64,000 nucleotides of DNA, from contig CAVPSB010000010.1 of NCBI GenBank assembly GCA_963708025.1, positions 96,001 to 160,000 on the forward strand. The letters run 5' to 3'. The stretch comes from an uncultured Candidatus Rokubacteria bacterium. GTDB taxonomy: Bacteria; Methylomirabilota; Methylomirabilia; Rokubacteriales; DASRDR01. The notes under the pieces were generated by a model. That model did no database searches. It had not been told where the DNA came from and saw nothing but the letters and a program-made list of their open reading frames with translations. The position numbers and the translations under genes were made by a program. Shown one piece after another: positions 1 through 8,432 of the stretch (position 1 is its first letter; each line of letters begins with the position of its first letter).

Positions 1-54
1 GAGCTTGCCGGCGCTGCGGGCAGCGTCGAGGGCGACCGGGAGGAACTCGCTCAC
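1..54 (-). CDS. 5' end of a gene running off the window; possibly inositol monophosphatase family
   Basis: Manual translation from GTG at 54 gives MSEFLPVALDAARSAGKL, resembling the first helix of SuhB/IMPase proteins; only 18 codons are visible. Confidence 0.35.
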   Translation of the reverse strand, partial: MSEFLPVALDAARSAGKL

Positions 55-122
55 ACGCGGAGTCTATCACACGGCCCGGCGTCGCTTGACCCTCCCGCGG
101 GAGGATGCTATAGGGCACCAAT

Positions 123-272
123 CACGACCTGACCCACGGCAAGCGGCTCGAGCCGGAGGCGCTCCGGGGTCACGCCGTCCGCCTGGGCGCGCGCCACGGC
201 ATTCCCACACCCGCCCTCTTCGTCGTGTACGCCGCGTTGAGACCGGCGGCGCTCGCCGCCCAGCCCGACTGA
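123..272 (+). pseudogene. Orphan C-terminal fragment of ketopantoate reductase (PanE/ApbA family)
   Basis: Manual translation HDLTHGKRLEPEALRGHAVRLGARHGIPTPALFVVYAALRP...* fits the ApbA C-terminal pattern; in-frame TAG at 111-113 upstream and no N-terminal domain. Confidence 0.65.
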
Positions 273-309
273 CGGGCGGCCGCGCGAGGCCGCTGGTATA
301 ATTCTGCGG

Positions 310-2085
310 GTGTCGATCCGCATTCTGAGCCGCTACCTCGGGCGTTATCGAGCCCGCTATCTGGCCGGCATCGCGCTCCTCCTCGCGACGAATCTCGGCG
401 CGCTCGCCATCCCGTGGGTCATCAAGCTGACATCGATGGCGATTGGCTCGGCGATTGGCTCGGCCGGGGCATCCGAGGCCTCCCGGGCGTCGGCCGGGGC
501 GGCCGTCGCCTGGGGCGCACTGGCCATCGTGGCTCTCGCCGTCGTCCAGGGACTCGTGCGTTCGGCCTCCCGGTTCGCCCTGCTCGGCGCCGGCCAGCGC
601 GTCGAGGCCGACATCCGGGACGCGCTCTTCGCGCGCCTGGTCCGGCTCCCGCCGGCGTTCTACCAGGGACGGCGGACCGGTGACCTCATGTCGCGGGCCA
701 CCAACGACCTGCAGGCCGTCCTCCAGCTCATCGGCTTCGGCCTCCTGTCGCTCGTGAACACCACGATGATCTTCCTCGGGACCTTCGCGGCCATGCTGCG
801 CATCGACCCCTGGCTCACGGCCGCGGCACTGGCGCCTTCACCGCTCCTGATCCTCCTGGCACGGCGCGGGACGGCCCGGGTCCACGTCGAGTCGCTCGCC
901 GTCCAGGAGCAGCTCGGCCGCCTCTCGGACAGGGTCCAGGAGAACCTGACCGGCATGGCCGTCGTCCGCGCCTACACGATGGAGGGCGCCGAGGTCGAGG
1001 GCTTCCGCCGGCTCAACGACGAGCAGCTCGCGCGGACCCTCCGGCTGGCCCGGAGCCAGGCCATTTTCGCGCCCCTCATGGGGGCGATCGCCGGCATCGG
1101 CGGCCTGATGGTGCTCTGGCTGGGCGGCAAGGCCGTGGTCGAGGGGCGCATCACCCTCGGGGACTTCGTGGCGTTCTCGAGCTACCTCGCGTACCTCGCC
1201 TGGCCGCTCCTCGCGCTCGGGTGGGTCCTGGCGATTGTCCGGCGGGGGCTGACCGCCCTCGACCGGATCGTCGAGGTCCTCACCGCGCCGGTCGGCCCGG
1301 TGGCGGAGACGAGCGCGCCGGCGCCCGCGCTCCACGGCGAGATCGAGTTGCGCGGCCTCACCTTCGACTACGGCGAGGGCCGGTCCCCGGCGCTCCAGGA
1401 CGTCTCGCTGCGGATCCCGGCCGGGGGGTGCGTGGCCGTGATCGGGCCGACCGGCGCCGGCAAGTCCACGCTTGGGCTGCTGTTACCACGGCTCTGGGAG
1501 CCCCCGCCGGCGACCGTGTTCGTCGATGGACGCGACGTCCGGACCATCCCGCTGGGGGAGCTGCGCTGGGCCATCGGCTACGTCCCGCAGGAGACATTCC
1601 TGTTCTCGCGCTCGCTCGCGGAGAACGTGACGCTGGGGGACCCCGCCGCGGACGCCGGCCGGATCGAGCGGGCCGGTCGGGCCGCCGACCTGGTGGGCGA
1701 CGTCGCGCGGTTGCCGGAGGGCTGGGCCACCGTCGTCGGCGAGCGCGGCCTCACGCTGTCGGGCGGCCAGCGGCAGCGGGTGGCGCTGGCCCGGGCCCTG
1801 CTCACCGATCCCCGCATCCTGATCCTCGATGACGCCTTCGCCTCGGTCGATGCGGAGACCGAGGCCGCCATCCTCGGGCACCTGCGGGAGGCCACGCAGG
1901 GGCGGACCACCCTGCTCATCACGCACCGGCTCCGCGCCGCCCGGCTCGCCGACCGCGTGATCGTGCTCGACGGGGGACGGGTCGTGGAGGAGGGGACGCA
2001 CGCCGAGCTACTGGCGCGCGGCGGCCTCTATGCTCGGCTGTGGCAGCGGCAGCAGCTGGAGCGGACCCTGGAAGTCGCCCCGTGA
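310..2085 (+). CDS. ABC exporter, fused TMD+NBD (MdlA/YheI-like), subunit 1 of a heterodimer
   Basis: TM helices, Walker A GPTGAGKST, LSGGQRQR signature, ILILDD; TATAAT just upstream. Confidence 0.93.
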   Translation: MSIRILSRYLGRYRARYLAGIALLLATNLGALAIPWVIKLTSMAIGSAIGSAGASEASRASAGAAVAWGALAIVALAVVQGLVRSASRFALLGAGQRVEADIRDALFARLVRLPPAFYQGRRTGDLMSRATNDLQAVLQLIGFGLLSLVNTTMIFLGTFAAMLRIDPWLTAAALAPSPLLILLARRGTARVHVESLAVQEQLGRLSDRVQENLTGMAVVRAYTMEGAEVEGFRRLNDEQLARTLRLARSQAIFAPLMGAIAGIGGLMVLWLGGKAVVEGRITLGDFVAFSSYLAYLAWPLLALGWVLAIVRRGLTALDRIVEVLTAPVGPVAETSAPAPALHGEIELRGLTFDYGEGRSPALQDVSLRIPAGGCVAVIGPTGAGKSTLGLLLPRLWEPPPATVFVDGRDVRTIPLGELRWAIGYVPQETFLFSRSLAENVTLGDPAADAGRIERAGRAADLVGDVARLPEGWATVVGERGLTLSGGQRQRVALARALLTDPRILILDDAFASVDAETEAAILGHLREATQGRTTLLITHRLRAARLADRVIVLDGGRVVEEGTHAELLARGGLYARLWQRQQLERTLEVAP

Positions 2086-4070
2086 GCCGTCACCCGGTGG
2101 CGCTCGACGACGAGGTGCTGGGGAGGGCCTACGACCGGCGGCTCATGCGCCGGCTCGGCGAGTTCGTCCGTCCCTACCGGCGTCCGCTGGCGGCCTCGGC
2201 GCTCCTCTTCCCGGTGGCGGCCGCCGTGGACCTCGTGCAGCCCTACCTGGTGAAGGTGGCCATCGACGATCACATAGTCAAGGGCGACTGGCCGGGGCTG
2301 ACGCGGATCGCCGGGCTCTTCGTCCTCACGCTGGCGGCCCAGTACCTCCTACGGTACGCGATGGGCTACCTGATGGCCTGGGCCGGGCAGCGCGTGATCC
2401 ACGACCTCCGCCAGGCGCTGTTCGATCACGTCCAGCGCCTGCCGGCCCGGTTCTTCGACCGGACGCCGGTCGGTCGTCTGATGACCCGCATCCTGAACGA
2501 CGTCGAGGCGATCGGGGAGCTGTTCACCTCTGGCGTGGTCGCCATCCTCGGTGACGTCCTCACGCTCGGCGGCGTGGTCCTGGTGATGCTGGCGCTCGAC
2601 TGGCGCCTGGCCCTGGTCGCCTTCGCGGCGGTGCCGGTGCTGTTCGCGGTGGCCGCCTTCTTCCGCACGCGCGCCCGCGACGCGTACCGGGAGGTCCGCA
2701 ACCGGATCGCGCGGGTGAACACCTACCTGCAGGAGAGCCTGATCGGGATGACCGTGGTCCAGCTCTTCGGCCGCGAGCGAGCGGCGACCGGCGAGTTCGG
2801 AGCGCTGAACGAGGCCTACCGGCAGGCGGTGTTTCGCCGCATGGGCTACGACGCCGTGCTGTACGCCGCGGTGGAGGTCATCGGCTCGGTCACCATCGCC
2901 GCGCTGATCTGGTGGGGCGGCGGCCAGATCCTGGCCGGGGCCCTCACCTTCGGCGTCCTCGTCGCCTTCATGGAGTACACGCACCGGTTCTTCCTGCCCA
3001 TCCGCGACGTCTCCGCCAAGTACACGGTCATGCAGTCGGCGATGGTGGCGGCCGAGCGTATCTTCGGCCTGCTCGACACCCCGGTCGAGATCCGCACCCC
3101 CACGGAGGCGTACCGCCCGGGGCGTTCCACCGGCGACGGCGCGACGCGGCGGCCTCCGGCCATCGAGTTCCGCGACGTCTGGTTCGCCTACGACGCCCGG
3201 ATGGCAGCGGGCGCCCCCCCCCTCACGGAGACCGGGGGGGTCCAGGGGGGGGACCACCGGAAGGGCGGGACGGACGCCCAAAGGCCGGAGGCCGTCGAAC
3301 AGCCGGAGGCCGAGCGCGTCCCGGCGAGCCGCCAGTTGGGACTCCCCCTTCTGCAGGAAGACGGCTGGGCCTTGCGCGGTCTCTCGCTGCGGATCGAGCA
3401 CGGTGAGCGGGTGGCGCTGGTCGGGCCGACCGGGGCCGGCAAGAGCACGCTGGCCCGGCTGCTGACCCGCACCTACGAGGTTCAGCGTGGGGCGGTCCTG
3501 GTCGAAGGCGTGGACGTCCGCGAGTGGGACCTCGAGGCCTTGCGCCGTCACGTCGGCCTGGTGCTCCAGGACGTCGTCGTGTTCACCGGGACCATCGAGG
3601 AGAACCTGACGCTCGGCCGAGCCGGTGTGACACGGACCGAGGTCGAGGACGCCGCGCGCCGCGCGCACATCGACGCCTTCGTGCGCACGCTGCCGGCGCA
3701 GTACGCCGAGCCGATCCGCGAGCGGGGAGCGAACCTCTCGCATGGCCAGCGTCAGCTCCTGGCCGTCGCCCGGGCCCTGGTATATAATCCCCCCGTTCTG
3801 GTGCTGGACGAGGCGACGTCCAGCGTCGACCCCGAGACCGAGCGCGTCTTGCAGGACGCCCTGGATCGGCTCCTCGCGGGTCGCACGAGCCTGATCATCG
3901 CCCACCGATTCACCACCATCCAGCGGGCTGATCGCATCCTCGTCCTGCACCGGGGCCGGCTGAAGGAAGATGGGACGCACGAGCGCCTCTTGAAGAAGGG
4001 CGGCCTGTACGCGACACTCTACGAGCTCTCGTTCGGTCCCGTCGCGGGCGCCGCGGGATCGATCCGCTAG
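2082..4070 (+). CDS. ABC exporter, fused TMD+NBD (MdlB/YheH-like), subunit 2; carries a repeat-derived in-frame insert of about 55 aa
   Basis: GTG at 2082 overlaps the upstream TGA; GPTGAGKST, LSHGQRQL, LVLDEATSSVD. Confidence 0.92.
   Translation: MSRHPVALDDEVLGRAYDRRLMRRLGEFVRPYRRPLAASALLFPVAAAVDLVQPYLVKVAIDDHIVKGDWPGLTRIAGLFVLTLAAQYLLRYAMGYLMAWAGQRVIHDLRQALFDHVQRLPARFFDRTPVGRLMTRILNDVEAIGELFTSGVVAILGDVLTLGGVVLVMLALDWRLALVAFAAVPVLFAVAAFFRTRARDAYREVRNRIARVNTYLQESLIGMTVVQLFGRERAATGEFGALNEAYRQAVFRRMGYDAVLYAAVEVIGSVTIAALIWWGGGQILAGALTFGVLVAFMEYTHRFFLPIRDVSAKYTVMQSAMVAAERIFGLLDTPVEIRTPTEAYRPGRSTGDGATRRPPAIEFRDVWFAYDARMAAGAPPLTETGGVQGGDHRKGGTDAQRPEAVEQPEAERVPASRQLGLPLLQEDGWALRGLSLRIEHGERVALVGPTGAGKSTLARLLTRTYEVQRGAVLVEGVDVREWDLEALRRHVGLVLQDVVVFTGTIEENLTLGRAGVTRTEVEDAARRAHIDAFVRTLPAQYAEPIRERGANLSHGQRQLLAVARALVYNPPVLVLDEATSSVDPETERVLQDALDRLLAGRTSLIIAHRFTTIQRADRILVLHRGRLKEDGTHERLLKKGGLYATLYELSFGPVAGAAGSIR
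3263..3326 (-). repeat. Family A internal module inserted in frame in the ABC NBD
   Basis: gggcgggacggacgcccaaaggccggaggccgtcg...aggccgagcgcgtcccg closely matches the reverse complement of the module at about 43356-43420. Confidence 0.8.
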
Positions 4071-4092
4071 ACCGGGCAGCTTCGACGAAGCC

Positions 4093-4416
4093 GTGTACGC
4101 GCTCGTCCGACGAATTCCGGCTGGTCGCGTGGTGACGTACGGCCAAGTGGCGGCGCTGGTCGGCGTGCCCCGCGCCGCGCGGGCGGTGGGGGGCGCGATG
4201 CGCCGGTGCCCGCCCGGCGTGCCCTGGCACCGGGTGGTCAATGGCCGCGGGGCCGTCAGTCGTCGCGCGAACCCGAGCAGCATGCTGACCCAACGCCTCC
4301 TGCTCGGGCGGGAGGGCGTGCGGTTCGTCCGCGGCCACGTCGACCTCCGGCGCTACCGCTGGTCCACAGGGCCGGCGCGCCCCCGCGTGGACATCGCGGC
4401 GCTGCCCACGGCATGA
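4093..4416 (+). CDS. Alkyltransferase-like (ATL, MGMT family) DNA-damage binding protein
   Basis: IPAGRVVTYGQVA...ARAVG...VPWHRVV; PWHR in place of catalytic PCHR marks ATL proteins. Confidence 0.88.
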   Translation: MYALVRRIPAGRVVTYGQVAALVGVPRAARAVGGAMRRCPPGVPWHRVVNGRGAVSRRANPSSMLTQRLLLGREGVRFVRGHVDLRRYRWSTGPARPRVDIAALPTA

Positions 4417-4488
4417 GGCGCCCACTGTGGTCGCTGCCGAGAAAGGGTCCGGCTGGAGCCGAGCCGGGGCAGCGACGCGCTGACAGGG

Positions 4489-4600
4489 GCCGGCCCCCCT
4501 CCCCCCGGTGGATGCCGGCGGGGCGGGACTCACGGCCGGCCGGAGGCCGGCTGAGTCCCGGCGATCCGAACGAGAGGGGTCGGGTGTGGGGGCGGTCCCG
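4489..4600 (+). repeat. Family B C-run/G-run repeat, degenerate
   Basis: cccccctccccccggtgg ... ggggtcgggtgtgggggcggtcccg directly before an ATG. Confidence 0.5.
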
Positions 4601-5071
4601 ATGAGCCAGTTGCCGGCCATCGCCCGGGTCCAGGCGGCGCTCCGCGCCCACGGGGTCGCGCGGGACGTGATCGAGCTGGCCGAGAGCACTCGGACCGCGG
4701 CGGAAGCCGCCGCCGCCTGCGGCGTCACCGTCGGGCAGATCGTGAAGTCGCTGGTCTTCGTGGCCGACGAGCAGCCGATCCTCGTCCTGGCCTCGGGCGC
4801 GAACCAGGTGGACGAGCGGCGACTCGAGGCGCTCACCGGCAAGCCGGTCCGCCGGGCGGACGCCGCCACCGTGCGGTCCGCCACCGGATACGCGATCGGC
4901 GGGGTGCCGCCGGTCGGTCACGCCCTGGCCCTGCCGGTCTTCATCGACCGGGACCTGACCCGTCACGCGGAGCTGATCGCGGCGGCCGGCACGCCGCGGG
5001 CGGTCTTCCGTCTGACGCCCGAGGAGCTGTGTCGGATGACCGGGGGTGCGGTGGAGGACCTCAAGCGGTGA
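4601..5071 (+). CDS. YbaK/EbsC family aminoacyl-tRNA deacylase
   Basis: TRTAAEAA, QIVKSLVF, TGYAIGGVPPVG motifs; ATG at 4601. Confidence 0.9.
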   Translation: MSQLPAIARVQAALRAHGVARDVIELAESTRTAAEAAAACGVTVGQIVKSLVFVADEQPILVLASGANQVDERRLEALTGKPVRRADAATVRSATGYAIGGVPPVGHALALPVFIDRDLTRHAELIAAAGTPRAVFRLTPEELCRMTGGAVEDLKR

Positions 5072-5091
5072 GAGCCTGCGAAGCAATGCGT

Positions 5092-5175
5092 CCTCCGACT
5101 CCCCCCCTCCCCCCGGTGGGTGGGGGAGGGGGCAAGGCTGAAGGCCGTGAAGGACCGGGTGGGCGGGAGGTCCCA
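5092..5175 (+). repeat. Family B repeat
   Basis: cctccgactccccccctccccccggtgggtgggggaggggg...gtgggcgggaggtccc; shared with copies at 12293 and 33270. Confidence 0.85.
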
Positions 5176-5188
5176 AATTGAGGCGCGT

Positions 5189-6091
5189 ATGCGCGTGATG
5201 CCGCTGGCCGCCGACTCGCTCGGCGTCCGCTCGATGGCCACCTACGTGGAGGCCGGCGAGCTGCGGCTGCTCCTCGATCCGGGCGCCACCCTCAGCCCCA
5301 ATCGCTACGGGTTGCCGCCGACACCCGAGGAGGAGGAGGCGCTCGAGCGCGGGCTGGCCCGGATCGGCGCCTACGCGCGGCGCGCGACGCTGATCACCGT
5401 CAGTCACTACCACGCCGACCACTACCAGCCTGGGGTCGAGCTGTATGCCGGCCGCCGGATCTGGGCCAAGGACCCGCGCCGGATGATGGACGAGCACCAG
5501 GCCGGCCGGGGCCAGGCGTTCTGGCGCGACCTGGCTGCCCATGGCCCCGAATCGGCCGAGGGCCGGGTCGCCGAGGTGGGCGGCGTGAAGATCAGGGTGT
5601 CCCCGCCACTCGCCCACGGGCTGGAAGGCTCGGGGTTCGGCTTCGTGGTGGCGGTCACCGTGGACGACGGTATGCGGTTCGTCCACGCCGCCGACGTGCA
5701 GGGGCCGGCCTCCGCGGTCGCGACCGCCTACCTCCTCCGGGAGCGCCCGGACCTGCTCTACCTGTCCGGACCGCCGACGTACCTGGAGGCCCACTTGGGC
5801 AAGGCCGTGATCCGCCAGTCACTGGAGAACCTGCTCCGGATCGTGCGGGAGACCGGCTGTCGCGTCATCGTGGATCACCACGCCGTGCGCGATCGGCGCT
5901 ACCGCGAGCGCCTCGGCCCGGCGTTCGAGACCGGCCGGGTGATGACGGTGGCCGAGTATCTGGGCCACCGCGACGAGTGTCTGGAGGCGTATCGGCCCGA
6001 GGGCTGGGCGCGCCACCCGCGCGGCGCGGCCGCGGGGCCGGGGTCTGGTCCCGGCTCGCCCCGGCCCCCCCATCGCCGTCTGGCGCCTTGA
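5189..6091 (+). CDS. Metallo-beta-lactamase fold hydrolase, UPF0282-like
   Basis: N-terminus MRVMPLAADSLGVRSMATYVE, SHYHADH metal motif, DVQGP, VDHH. Confidence 0.8.
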   Translation: MRVMPLAADSLGVRSMATYVEAGELRLLLDPGATLSPNRYGLPPTPEEEEALERGLARIGAYARRATLITVSHYHADHYQPGVELYAGRRIWAKDPRRMMDEHQAGRGQAFWRDLAAHGPESAEGRVAEVGGVKIRVSPPLAHGLEGSGFGFVVAVTVDDGMRFVHAADVQGPASAVATAYLLRERPDLLYLSGPPTYLEAHLGKAVIRQSLENLLRIVRETGCRVIVDHHAVRDRRYRERLGPAFETGRVMTVAEYLGHRDECLEAYRPEGWARHPRGAAAGPGSGPGSPRPPHRRLAP

Positions 6092-6143
6092 AGCGCCGGC
6101 TCATGACGAGGGTCGCAATGGGCAATTCCGAAAGGAGGACGAC

Positions 6144-6611
6144 ATGGCCGAGTCGATGCCGAGCGTCGGTGACCCCGCGCCGGAATTCAAGCTCCAGGGG
6201 ATCGCGGGCAAGGAGTGGAGCCTGGCCGACCAGAAGGGGAAGCGGAACGCCGTCATCCTCTTCTACGTGCTCGACTGGACGCCGGGCTGAACGAAGGAGA
6301 TGCCGGCCTTCCAGGCCCGCCTGGCGGACTTCGAGGCCGCGAATACCCAGGTCGTGGGTATATCGACCGATTCCATCTACAGTCACGAAGCGTGGGCGAA
6401 GTCGCTGGGCGGCATCACCTACCCACTCCTGGCCGACATCCACCGGGACGTGGTCAAGCGGTACGGGGTCCACTGGCCCGAGCTGAACGCCTGCTACCGG
6501 GCCGCGTTCGTGGTCGACAGGCAGGGAGTGGTCCGGTTCGTCGAGCGGTACGGGCGGGGGGAGCTGCCCGATCCCGAAAACCTCCTCCGCGAGGTCAAGA
6601 AGCTCCCGTGA
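6144..6611 (+). CDS. Peroxiredoxin (AhpC/TSA family, AhpE-like) with in-frame UGA at the peroxidatic Cys; probable selenoprotein
   Basis: SD AAGGAGG before ATG 6144; VGDPAPEFKL...FYVLDWTPG-[TGA 6288-6290]-TKEMP...GISTDSIYSHEAW continues in frame to 6611. Confidence 0.88.
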
Positions 6612-6618
6612 GGACCGG

Positions 6619-7491
6619 GTGAGGGACAACCTCGGTGCCCACATGTCGATCGCCGGGGGGCTCCCGAACGCGCTCCGGCGGGGCCGCGAGGTGGGCTGCT
6701 CGGTCGTCCAGATCTTCCTCAAGAACCAGATGCAGTGGGCCGGCCGGCCGCTCCTCGCCGATGAGGTGGCGGAGTTCCGGCGCGAGCAGGCGGCGACCGG
6801 GATCCGCACGGTGTTTGCCCACGCCACTTACCTCATCAACCTGGCGGCGCCGGACGAGGCGGAGTGGCTCCGGGCGATCGGCGCGTTCCACGACGAGCTG
6901 GAGCGGGCCGAGCGCCTCGGCCTCCCGTTCGTGGTGATCCATCCGGGCTCACACCGGGGGGCCGGGCGGGAGGCGGGAGTGACCCGGGTCGCGCGCGCGC
7001 TCGACGACCTCCACGCGCGCACCGCCGGCTACCGCGTGCGGGTCGCGCTCGAGAACACGGCAGGGGCGGGGAACCTGCTCGGGGCCCGCGCCGAGGAGCT
7101 GGGCGCGATCCTGGACGCCGTCCGGGCGCCGGAGCGGGTCGCCGTCTGCCTGGACACTTGCCACCTCTTCGCCGCCGGCTACGACATCCGGACCCCCGCC
7201 GGACTCGCCACCACGCTGGAGCACTACCGCGCTGCGGCCGGTCTTGAGCGGATCGTGGCCTTCCACCTGAACGACGCCCGAGCCGGCCTCGGCTCCGGGC
7301 TCGACCGCCACCAGCACATCGGCCGGGGTCAGATCGGTCCGGGGGCGTTCCGCGCCCTCCTCCGCCATCCCCGGCTCCGCCGGGTGCCCATGGTGCTCGA
7401 GACCCCGAAGGAGGACCGCTGGGACCAGCGGAACCTCGCCACGCTGCGCCGCCTCCGCGCGGCCCCGGCGGCAACCCGGGTCCGTCGCTGA
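6619..7491 (+). CDS. nfo: Endonuclease IV (AP endonuclease)
   Basis: GAHMSIAGG, YLINL, HPGS, ENTAG, DTCH, HLND, DRH, LETP motifs. Confidence 0.95.
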   Translation: MRDNLGAHMSIAGGLPNALRRGREVGCSVVQIFLKNQMQWAGRPLLADEVAEFRREQAATGIRTVFAHATYLINLAAPDEAEWLRAIGAFHDELERAERLGLPFVVIHPGSHRGAGREAGVTRVARALDDLHARTAGYRVRVALENTAGAGNLLGARAEELGAILDAVRAPERVAVCLDTCHLFAAGYDIRTPAGLATTLEHYRAAAGLERIVAFHLNDARAGLGSGLDRHQHIGRGQIGPGAFRALLRHPRLRRVPMVLETPKEDRWDQRNLATLRRLRAAPAATRVRR

Positions 7492-7510
7492 CGGCGAGTC
7501 GGGGAATCGG

Positions 7511-7545
7511 GTCCTCCGGCTCCCCCCTCCCCGCGCCAGAGGCCG
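7511..7545 (+). repeat. Family B repeat, left part only
   Basis: gtcctccggctcccccctccccgcgccagaggccg matches the left end of copies at 9537 and 12293. Confidence 0.55.
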
Positions 7546-7547
7546 CG

Positions 7548-8309
7548 GTGGCGGCGCGGATCCTCAATTTCGGACGGTCACGCGTCGCGGCGCGGGGCGA
7601 GTACGCCAACGTCGCGAGCGCCGTCGGCGTCGCCCAGTACGTGGCGATCGCCGCCGAGGTTGCGGGGACGCTGGGGCGCGGCCGCGTCCTCGACTGGGGC
7701 GCCGGCTGGGGCCAGACGAGCCTCCTGCTCCGTGCCCACGGCCTCGACGTCGTCGCCTACGACGTCGAGGACAAGGGGACGGCGGTGGGCCTCCTGGCCG
7801 GGAGCGGCGTGGCGTACGTCGTCACGCCCGGGCCGGAGCTGCCGTTTCCGGCCGGCGCCTTCGACGCCGTGCTCAACTGCGGCGTGCTCGAGCACGTGGA
7901 GGACGAGCGAGTGGCGCTCGCCGAGCTCGTCCGCGTTCTCCGCCCGGGCGGGTGGCTCTTCACGTATCATCTGCCGAATCGCCTCGCCTGGGCCGAGTGG
8001 CTGGGGCGGCGCCTGGGACGGTTCCACCACGACCGCACCTACACGCGGCACGAGGCCGTCCGCCTCTTCGAGACCGGCGGCCTCCGCGTGGTGTCGTGCC
8101 GGCCGTTCCACTGGCTGCCGCGCAACGTCTGGGGGCGCTCGGCGCCGCTGGCCGCGCTGGCCCCGGTCGTCGCCGTGGGCTTCGAGCTGCTCGACCGCGG
8201 GCTGCTGCGCGTCCCCGGCGTGCGCCATCTGGCGACGGCCTGGGCCCTGGTCGCGCGTCGTGACGCGACGCCGGGCGGGATCTCGGATGCCGACGCCCCG
8301 CAGCCCTGA
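7548..8309 (+). CDS. Class I SAM-dependent methyltransferase
   Basis: VLDWGAGWG, LPFPAGAFDAV, VLEHV, RVLRPGG. Confidence 0.88.
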   Translation: MAARILNFGRSRVAARGEYANVASAVGVAQYVAIAAEVAGTLGRGRVLDWGAGWGQTSLLLRAHGLDVVAYDVEDKGTAVGLLAGSGVAYVVTPGPELPFPAGAFDAVLNCGVLEHVEDERVALAELVRVLRPGGWLFTYHLPNRLAWAEWLGRRLGRFHHDRTYTRHEAVRLFETGGLRVVSCRPFHWLPRNVWGRSAPLAALAPVVAVGFELLDRGLLRVPGVRHLATAWALVARRDATPGGISDADAPQP

Positions 8310-8432
8310 CGGCGGGCAGGTGGGTGGGCCAGTCACGCGACGCGCCCACGGCGCCCGCCCTTCGCCCGGGGCCGGGCGCTCGGTCCGAGCGGTCCGAGTA
8401 TGGCGATCGGTCTCCGGCAATCGCCGATCGGG

